Of a stretch of 32,120 bases of DNA, positions 26,190 to 32,120 are shown piece by piece. Origin of the DNA: a virus (taxonomy: Duplodnaviria; Caudoviricetes); IMG/VR virus record IMGVR_UViG_3300044984_002732, positions 1 to 32,120 of that record; one strand, written 5' to 3'. Each line of letters begins with the position of its first letter. The stretch's first letter is position 1. The notes under the pieces were generated by a model that was not told where the DNA came from, did not search any database, and saw only the letters and a list, made by a program, of their open reading frames with translations. Position numbers and translations under genes: made by a program.

Positions 26190-27206
26190 TTATCTCCTCT
26201 CGTTGATGTCTTTGATGTATTTGTCATGCAGGTCGGGATGATCTCCGGCTGTCTTCTTCAGGGCCTGGGCTCGGGTCATGCCCGCTGCGCTCAGCTTTTC
26301 GACCTCACCCATGAAGGTCTTCACTGGCGTGTCGATCACTTCATCACGGGTCTGCCCCACCGAAGGCGGCGCCTGGTCGGCCAGTTTCTGGAGGCCGCCC
26401 ATTCTGAAATTGCGCTCGGCCTCATACAGGGCCTTGAAAATGCCGTCGGCCGCTGTGCCGCATTCCACGGCACTCTTCAGGATGGCATAATGATCTGTCT
26501 CATGAGACAGAATGGCCATCACTCTTTCCCGCTCTGCATTAATGCCTTCAGCTTTCAGCTCGGCGGCCATGTCGGGATACTGCGTCAAAAATTCTTCTTT
26601 CGTCATACTCTTTCCTCCTTCGATTGTTTCTTGAGGCTCGGTTTCATCTAATGATTCGATTTCGGCCTCGACCTCTACCGCCGAATCTGCAAACACGGAT
26701 ATTGATGTATTGTTGTCGGCGCCCAGAGACACAAAAGACACCTCGCCGACTTCGGATTTCAGCCAGATTTCAGCGGGCCCGCTCAGCATGGCGCCGTTGA
26801 CTTCGGCCGTTTCGTTTTTAGACAACACACGGACTTTGCACGGACGCACACCGACCGATGCCTGCCAGGGGTAGCCTTCATCCGCCAGTTGGGCACATTC
26901 AATGGCGTCTTTGGTGTGTTTAGAGAATTTACCGATCACATCAAAACTCGTGATTCCGGATTCACTTGAGCCATATCCGACAACACGATCCCGCTCATGT
27001 TCGCGCAAAATTGGAATTGTTGGTTTGCTGCTCATTCCTGAAATATCGAATACCAGATTTCCAAAAAAGGTATCGATCACAGCACCGGTATATGCTTTGA
27101 TATAAAATTTATCGGTTTGCGGGTCTGTGATATGTTCCGCGCATTCGGTCTGCCCGAAAACGATATTACTGGCCAGCATTACCGGTTTCCGCTTCACAGT
27201 TTTCAT
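26190..27206 (-). CDS. Prohead protease with C-terminal scaffold region
   Basis: AYTG...PILREH...VVG, GYPWQASVG, EVSFVSLGAD..TS; scaffold-like G..AERERV..I. Confidence 0.85.
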   Translation of the reverse strand: MKTVKRKPVMLASNIVFGQTECAEHITDPQTDKFYIKAYTGAVIDTFFGNLVFDISGMSSKPTIPILREHERDRVVGYGSSESGITSFDVIGKFSKHTKDAIECAQLADEGYPWQASVGVRPCKVRVLSKNETAEVNGAMLSGPAEIWLKSEVGEVSFVSLGADNNTSISVFADSAVEVEAEIESLDETEPQETIEGGKSMTKEEFLTQYPDMAAELKAEGINAERERVMAILSHETDHYAILKSAVECGTAADGIFKALYEAERNFRMGGLQKLADQAPPSVGQTRDEVIDTPVKTFMGEVEKLSAAGMTRAQALKKTAGDHPDLHDKYIKDINERR

Positions 27207-28777
27207 TGTTTCACCTTGTCTGTCCCTGCCTGTCTTTGTTTGTCCGTGCCAGTCCCCGCAGCCGTTCCAGCCGGAGCCGCTTCCACCACACTCAATCCCA
27301 GCTCATCGATCTTGCCTTTTTCGGTCGCTCTCTGCTCCAAAATTTCTTCCCAGTCGCGGCCCTGATTCGCCGCCTCTTCTGCAAGCGTTGACAGGTTCGC
27401 ATCAACGGCCGATGTGCTGGCCTTGATTTCTTTAACCGGATCAACCCATCCCCATCCGCCCCCCAACCATTGCACCCGGCAAAGTTCGGTTTTGTTCCGG
27501 TAGAAATCCGGACAGGTAAACGCTCCCCGTAAATAGGCTTCTTCAAGCACGAGCTCGAGCATGGGCTGGCAGAATTTATCAGCGAACCATGTCCGCCATT
27601 GCATGAACATCCGGCGCCCTTCGAGGATGGAGGCACGAGCGGATGAATAGTTGGTTTTGGAAAAATCTTTCGCAAGAAGCTCATAAGGAATCCCCAGGGC
27701 TCCGCCGATAATGCGAAGCATGGTTTCGATAAAAGAGGGAAAGGCGTCTCCCGGCCGTTTCGGATCCACAACATTGATTGACTCCCCCGGATTGAGATAT
27801 CCCACCAGCCCCGGCTCGATACTCTGAATCCGGTCTCCGGTGGATTCTGTGGTGCCGCTCAAATTGAATGCCGTCTGCATGGGGTCTTGTTTGGTAATGA
27901 ACACCGCCAGACATGCCGCCACGCGGGCCGATATCACTTCGGCCTCCAGGTAATCAGCCAGGTCTTTTAAATAGCTCAGCACCGAGGCGAAGAAAGGCAC
28001 TCCCCGCGTCTGCCCGACCCGATCGACACGAAAAACATGAATAATCTTCGGGCGACCGTCGGCATCCCGCGCAGCAATTCCGGTAAAGGCATCCGCAGCC
28101 GCTGCGTTGCTGCCTTTGTTGGCCGCCTGCTTGATCCAGTATTTCGTGGGGCATCCGGCCGCGTTGAATTCAATACCGTTCACCGCCATGTTTGACCGGG
28201 CCCCCGGCGCCACCAGCCTGTCGGCCTCCACCAGTTCGATGGTGCGAGACAACGGCCTCCATGACTCAGACGACCATGTAGGGATAATAATAATTTCCCC
28301 ATCTTCAATGATCTTTCTAAGGGATAGCTGTTGCATTTCATCAAACGTCAGAATCCCGGCAGCATCAGACCATTTTGCCCAATTGGAAAAAATGGTCTCC
28401 ACCTGCTTTTGTAAATTTCGGGCATGGTCTTTGGACACACCGAGCTGATCCCCCCGGATTCTCGATTGCGGCCGCAGACCAGAGCCCAAAATGTTTTGTA
28501 TCAGGGTTTCAGTGGCGCCTTTGGCGACGGGGTCATTCCGGTTGGCGTCTCTGGCCCTGGCCCGTAATGCCTGCAGCTCCCAGGCAGGCGGCGTTGCGTC
28601 CGAATTGCCGCCCGACAGCCAGTTACTCCGGATCCGGGATGTGGATGCCGACCGATAATATCCGGTCAATTCCAGCATGCGCCGGGCCTGCATCCGCTTG
28701 ACGGCCGCCGATGGAAAAACCACTGCAATCATCCTGTCCAAAAAGGAAATGGGTGTTGTTGATTTAGACTGGGTCAT
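27203..28777 (-). CDS. Portal protein, lambda family
   Basis: LRARARD..RND..A, GSGLRPQ, DGE, L.EADRL, IIH.F...R.GQ.RGVP, GIPYE.L..DFS..NYSSAR, W.WVDP.KE. Confidence 0.95.
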   Translation of the reverse strand: MTQSKSTTPISFLDRMIAVVFPSAAVKRMQARRMLELTGYYRSASTSRIRSNWLSGGNSDATPPAWELQALRARARDANRNDPVAKGATETLIQNILGSGLRPQSRIRGDQLGVSKDHARNLQKQVETIFSNWAKWSDAAGILTFDEMQQLSLRKIIEDGEIIIIPTWSSESWRPLSRTIELVEADRLVAPGARSNMAVNGIEFNAAGCPTKYWIKQAANKGSNAAAADAFTGIAARDADGRPKIIHVFRVDRVGQTRGVPFFASVLSYLKDLADYLEAEVISARVAACLAVFITKQDPMQTAFNLSGTTESTGDRIQSIEPGLVGYLNPGESINVVDPKRPGDAFPSFIETMLRIIGGALGIPYELLAKDFSKTNYSSARASILEGRRMFMQWRTWFADKFCQPMLELVLEEAYLRGAFTCPDFYRNKTELCRVQWLGGGWGWVDPVKEIKASTSAVDANLSTLAEEAANQGRDWEEILEQRATEKGKIDELGLSVVEAAPAGTAAGTGTDKQRQAGTDKVKQ

Positions 28778-28988
28778 TGAACGACACCTTATTCCAGGGT
28801 GATTTATTGGATGCCGCCGCCGTTTCTTCGGTGTAGCGTTTCAGGAGGGTTTCTTCTCGGGCATTCAGGGAGGCGAGTGTCGCGCGCAAAATGGTTTTGT
28901 CACCAGCGCCCACACTCTGGGCTTTCAGACATTCGGTGATTGCGGTCTGGACTTCTTCGAGTTGTTCAGCGGTGGTTTTGATGGCCAT
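28764..28988 (-). CDS. Head-tail adaptor (gpW-like, 74 aa)
   Basis: EQLEEVQ.AI...L.AQS...GD....RA.L..L..RE..L; immediately upstream of the portal. Confidence 0.8.
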   Translation of the reverse strand: MAIKTTAEQLEEVQTAITECLKAQSVGAGDKTILRATLASLNAREETLLKRYTEETAAASNKSPWNKVSFNDPV

Positions 28989-28995
28989 GATACCC

Positions 28996-29076
28996 AAAGT
29001 ATGAAGTATGAAATTTGAAGGATGAAAGCTGAAGGATGGATTTTTTTCATAATTCATCCTTCATAATTCATACTTT
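28996..29076. repeat. Heptamer-repeat hairpin G at the 5' end of the late operon
   Basis: agtatga agtatga aatttga aggatga ... ttcataa ttcatcc ttcataa ttcatac. Confidence 0.9.
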
Positions 29077-29123
29077 TTTTATCATGGGTTTTTGGCGGGA
29101 AACTGCTTCGATACGGATTCAGT

Positions 29124-29154
29124 ATGGAAACAACATGGAAACAACATGGAAACA
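29124..29154. promoter_or_regulatory. Three tandem 11-bp repeats ATGGAAACAAC (third truncated); candidate regulator binding site
   Basis: 29124-29134, 29135-29145, 29146-29154; one-helical-turn periodicity; lies between divergent operons. Confidence 0.55.
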
Positions 29155-29209
29155 GGTCAATAAACTTCTTGACAGGGTATTTTTTTCTGCATTTTATTTG
29201 AAAAAGTGC

Positions 29210-29238
29210 TTGACATTTTCAAAGCAAGAGAATAAAGT
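29210..29238 (+). promoter_or_regulatory. Sigma70-type promoter for the accessory operon
   Basis: TTGACA (29210-29215), 17-nt spacer, TAAAGT (29233-29238); predicted start ~29245, where the repeated RNA element begins. Confidence 0.7.
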
Positions 29239-29245
29239 ACTCAAT

Positions 29246-29406
29246 AAATGGCGACAAGGACGTCAGCCATGGCGGGCCGCTGACCGGAAGGGCACCGGCT
29301 CAGGAACAAGCGCGCACCCTGCGGGGATTCGAGACCGGATATCACCTGCCGGTAACTTCCCCAACCTGTAACGCGCATCAAGGCCGTTCGATTCGGCCAG
29401 CCCGCC
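29246..29406 (+). ncRNA. tRNA-like structured RNA, copy 1 (leader hairpin plus 136-nt core 29271-29406)
   Basis: GGCGGGC/GCCCGCC closing stem, CTGA-CCGG/CCGG-TCAG arm, GGCCG-TTCGATT-CGGCC T-arm; scaffold shared with copy 2. Confidence 0.7.
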
Positions 29407-29436
29407 TTAACAATCAATTAAAAAAGGAGAATTGAT

Positions 29437-29784
29437 ATGTCAGGATTTTTTAAAACGCATGATGGGGATATAATGACAGATAATAGCGACTATGTTTGGC
29501 TTTCGTGCAGTCGTTACAATCTCCCTGACACAACAAACGGAAATATTGGATATCATGTTGTTTATAGGCCATTATGCGGTTCGGCGTATAAAGGAAACGA
29601 ACTAATAACAGAAGCCATGTGTAAAGATATACGTGACCATTACGAAGAAATTGACATTAAAGAACAATCTGATCGAAAAGTAAAATTTGAGGCCATGATT
29701 GGAAAACCTGAAAGAATTGGGCAGATGGACAAAATGATTTGCCATAAATGTGGTACGGTCTGTTATGGCGATTGCGAATCTTAA
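29437..29784 (+). CDS. Hypothetical protein (115 aa) with C-terminal Cys cluster CHKCGTVCYGDC
   Basis: AAAGGAG SD; AT-rich; follows RNA copy 1. Confidence 0.75.
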   Translation: MSGFFKTHDGDIMTDNSDYVWLSCSRYNLPDTTNGNIGYHVVYRPLCGSAYKGNELITEAMCKDIRDHYEEIDIKEQSDRKVKFEAMIGKPERIGQMDKMICHKCGTVCYGDCES

Positions 29785-29819
29785 TAACTAAAACCATGGC
29801 ATCGTAGGGAGAAAAGATT

Positions 29820-30176
29820 ATGGACACAATATTTTTAGAATATGCTAATGGAAGCAGTTTGAAACTAACAACATACTCATCTTCAAGTCATTATGGTATT
29901 CCTGTTGTTCGTCACGAAGGATGTTCATGTGTAAACGACTACGGCCCCGGTGACACCGTTCCGGATTGTCTGCATAATGATGAATCAATCGATACGTTTG
30001 GGTATATTGAGAATATGGCGTTTTATATCAAAGACAACTCAATATTTATCGATTTAAAAAATAAACACATAAGAGATGGTTTAAATAGATGGTTTTCACA
30101 ATTACCATCAGGCCCAAAAATAGTAGAGCATCAAACAGGTGGGGAAAATGGTGGGAAATTTTGGGAAATTGTTTAA
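29820..30176 (+). CDS. Hypothetical protein (118 aa)
   Basis: GGGAG SD; AT-rich; SSSSHYGIPV...DYGPGD motif. Confidence 0.75.
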   Translation: MDTIFLEYANGSSLKLTTYSSSSHYGIPVVRHEGCSCVNDYGPGDTVPDCLHNDESIDTFGYIENMAFYIKDNSIFIDLKNKHIRDGLNRWFSQLPSGPKIVEHQTGGENGGKFWEIV

Positions 30177-30220
30177 TAATCTAGACTTTTGTGAAGACGG
30201 AGTTAACACAAGGAATCAAC

Positions 30221-30383
30221 AAATGGCGACAAGGAGGTCGCCATGGCGGGCCGCTGACCGGAAGGGCACCGGCTCAGGAACACAAAGCGGGGAACCTGCG
30301 GGGATTTGATATCTGGTAGCGATACAGATATCCACCCAAGAACTTGAGACCGCTTCAAGGCCGTTCGATTCGGCCAGCCCGCC
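30221..30383 (+). ncRNA. tRNA-like structured RNA, copy 2 (leader hairpin plus 139-nt core 30245-30383)
   Basis: Same scaffold as copy 1 with a different but still base-paired middle arm. Confidence 0.7.
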
Positions 30384-30418
30384 GCTTCTCTTTAATCATT
30401 CAAGTAAAAGGATTAAAC

Positions 30419-30607
30419 ATGGAACTGAAACCATGCCCATTTTGTGGGAGGACTGATCTATTAGGATTTGAACCTTACCCGGATTTATCAGGATTTATCA
30501 GCGTTAGGTGTAGGGCTTGTGGATGCATAGGCCCGTCTAAATTATCTGATACAAAATCAGAATCTATATCATTATGGAATTCGAGAGTAGAAAATGAAAA
30601 AAAATAG
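30419..30607 (+). CDS. Lar-family restriction alleviation protein (zinc ribbon, 62 aa)
   Basis: AAAGGA SD; MELKPCPFCG...V.C..CG..GP.......I..WN.R is the Lar family signature. Confidence 0.8.
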   Translation: MELKPCPFCGRTDLLGFEPYPDLSGFISVRCRACGCIGPSKLSDTKSESISLWNSRVENEKK

Positions 30608-30788
30608 AGGCGGCGCCCGCCCCGGCGCAGGTGCCCCAAAAAAAGACCCGCTAGACAAGCGGGTCAAAACCAGCATTCAGTTACCGTTCTGGATGCTCGA
30701 ACAAATTGATTTTTATGCAGGCCCGAAAAAAAGGTCGAAAGTTATTTTCGACATTCTCAGCAAACACTTTTTTAAACTCCCATTCTGA
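30594..30788 (+). CDS. Small DNA-binding protein: RGG.R.GAG motif plus ribbon-helix-helix
   Basis: RGGARPGAGAPKK...KTSIQLP..ML..ID......RS.VI..IL. Confidence 0.75.
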   Translation: MKKNRGGARPGAGAPKKDPLDKRVKTSIQLPFWMLEQIDFYAGPKKRSKVIFDILSKHFFKLPF

Positions 30789-30799
30789 ATCCATCACCC

Positions 30800-30827
30800 G
30801 TAGGGGCATTGAATCTTTTGCCCCTAC
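30800..30827. repeat. GTAG-type REP-like palindrome / bidirectional terminator between convergent genes
   Basis: GTAGGGGCA-10 nt-TGCCCCTAC. Confidence 0.6.
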
Positions 30828-30840
30828 ACATGCCCCAACA

Positions 30841-32043
30841 TCAGCTCAACAACCTGGGCTGTTTGCCGGTCAATCGGTGCCAGCGTTCGATGGTTACGGC
30901 GACATATTCCGGCGATATTTCGATGCCGCGGCATTTGCGGCGGAGGTTTTCGCAGGCTATTAATGTGGTGCCGGAGCCTAAAAAAACGTCAAGAATGATC
31001 ACAGCATTTTCACTTTTTTCAAGACACCATTGCATTAAGGCAATCGGTTTTTGTGTCGGATGTTGTTTCTTATCTTTGAGCGATTCAGCTCTTGAATAGG
31101 TGAATACTCTCGATGCTTTATCTCTTGAAGTCCATGCAAGTTCACAGTCAGCTAAAGAGAAATTTCTTTGTCCTTTATCCCAAACAAGCCACCCCATTTT
31201 AGGTGGTAGATAATCTGTAAAATAATTACCACCCCAGATTATCTGTTCATTTGATGAATTTATGATAAAATCAAATATGCTTTTATCAGGTCTGTTAGCA
31301 TCCCATTCAACTTTATCCTTCCAGTTACCCCAACCATGTAACGCATTATGACCGCCACTTTTACCATAATTAATTCCATACGGCGGGTCTGTCAAACATA
31401 AGTCAGCAGTCTCTTTATACATCAGTTTATCAAAAAACGTTTTATCCGTACAATCCCCACACAACACCCGATGTTCCCCCAGCTCCCACAACTGCCCCGA
31501 CTCTACCCCCCACTTTGCCCGAAACGATTCCGCCTCATTCTCATCCGGCGGATCATCCTCATCCTTCCCCAAAATATCCCCAACATCAATCCCGCTCGAT
31601 TTGGCGATATCTTCCAGATAAGGCTCCAGCATATCCTGCGTTTCATGGATTTGCTTGAGTAAATCCGTCATCATCTGCTTGTTCGTATCGGCCATGGCAG
31701 CAATAGGGTCCAGCGACAACAGCGCCTGCCCTTCTTCATCTTCCGACAAATCCACCCACTGCACCGGCACCGCCATTTCCCCATGAGCAATAGCCTGATC
31801 CACCCGCAAATGCCCGTCGATAATCCGGCCGGTTCGCTTGTTCACAATAACATTCTGTATCCACCCCAAAGCATCCAAACTGCCGTTAATGGCCTCCTTC
31901 TGCCGCTTCGGGTGTTTCCGAAAATTGACCGGATTGGCGATCAACTCCGCCGGGTTTGCGATACCGGTTTCAATGATTCTGTTTTTCCACTTCCAGACCT
32001 CGTTAATTCGAGTCGAAAAAGTACAAATATTTTGGACATTCAA
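30841..32043 (-). CDS. ParB-like N-terminal domain fused to a beta-class N6A/N4C DNA methyltransferase (start uncertain)
   Basis: NP.N.R.H...G.IIDGHLR; W.LGEHRVLCGD, TDPPYG, HPTQKP, LDVFLGSGTTLIA, GIEISPEY. Confidence 0.9.
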   Translation of the reverse strand: MNVQNICTFSTRINEVWKWKNRIIETGIANPAELIANPVNFRKHPKRQKEAINGSLDALGWIQNVIVNKRTGRIIDGHLRVDQAIAHGEMAVPVQWVDLSEDEEGQALLSLDPIAAMADTNKQMMTDLLKQIHETQDMLEPYLEDIAKSSGIDVGDILGKDEDDPPDENEAESFRAKWGVESGQLWELGEHRVLCGDCTDKTFFDKLMYKETADLCLTDPPYGINYGKSGGHNALHGWGNWKDKVEWDANRPDKSIFDFIINSSNEQIIWGGNYFTDYLPPKMGWLVWDKGQRNFSLADCELAWTSRDKASRVFTYSRAESLKDKKQHPTQKPIALMQWCLEKSENAVIILDVFLGSGTTLIACENLRRKCRGIEISPEYVAVTIERWHRLTGKQPRLLS

Positions 32044-32044
32044 A

Positions 32045-32119
32045 TTATTTGAAAGGAGAATGACCGACTTCGATTTGAAGCAATTTACCGCTTGGTGTAG
32101 TCACCGCCAGCTCATTTAA
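32045..32119 (-). CDS. 3' end of an upstream gene truncated by the window
   Basis: Open frame LNELAVTTPSGKLLQIEVGHSPFK* ends 1 nt before the TTG of the methyltransferase ORF. Confidence 0.35.
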   Translation of the reverse strand, partial: LNELAVTTPSGKLLQIEVGHSPFK

Positions 32120-32120
32120 T

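Noticed and set aside
22477-26206. Long plus-strand ORFs (222, 297 and 310 aa)
   Set aside because: Antisense shadows of GC-rich structural genes with no recognisable motifs.
17578-29076. CRISPR array or mini-array
   Set aside because: The repeats are 7-mers in inverted arrays with no unique spacers and no cas genes.
29036-29371. 111-aa plus-strand ORF and the 5' extension of Lar from 30344
   Set aside because: They run through promoter, repeat and structured-RNA sequence; Lar has a proper SD before ATG 30419.
29271-30383. Canonical tRNA, tRNA-Sec, tmRNA or a known riboswitch
   Set aside because: No 7-nt anticodon loop or CCA, an extra A between the T-arm and acceptor strand, too short for tmRNA with no tag ORF, and no TPP, cobalamin or FMN consensus that I can match. 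An Rfam search is still needed.
32051-32119. Plus-strand mini-ORF MTDFDLK... after AAAGGAG
   Set aside because: SD-to-ATG spacing is only about 1-2 nt, it is antisense to a probable gene end, and it lies at the window edge.

Overview
A partial genome of a temperate, long non-contractile-tailed (lambda-like head) phage, apparently in its excised or circular attP form. From left to right: a probable replication origin with convergent TGGACGA iterons inside a 127-bp duplication; a P4/D5-type SF3 helicase; a cro/cI-like immunity switch; a tyrosine integrase followed by attP (3' half of tRNA-Pro(CGG) with arm-type repeats); then, all on the minus strand, the lysis genes (GH108 endolysin), an elaborate tail-tip and fibre module, tape measure, tail chaperone with a lambda-type GGGAAAG -1 frameshift, tail tube/terminator/Z-like genes, gpE-like capsid, decoration, protease, lambda-family portal and a gpW-like adaptor. 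At the right end lie a plus-strand accessory operon and a ParB-fused DNA methyltransferase. No terminase is in the window. Two features stand out. (1) The plus-strand operon alternates small ORFs (including a Lar-family anti-restriction protein and an RHH regulator) with two ~140-nt tRNA-like structured RNAs that share an invariant acceptor/D-like/T-arm scaffold and have a compensatorily varying middle arm. (2) Seven long heptamer-repeat hairpins punctuate the late operon, several occupying the space where the Shine-Dalgarno of the downstream gene should be. All family assignments come from motif recognition and synteny; no database search was run.
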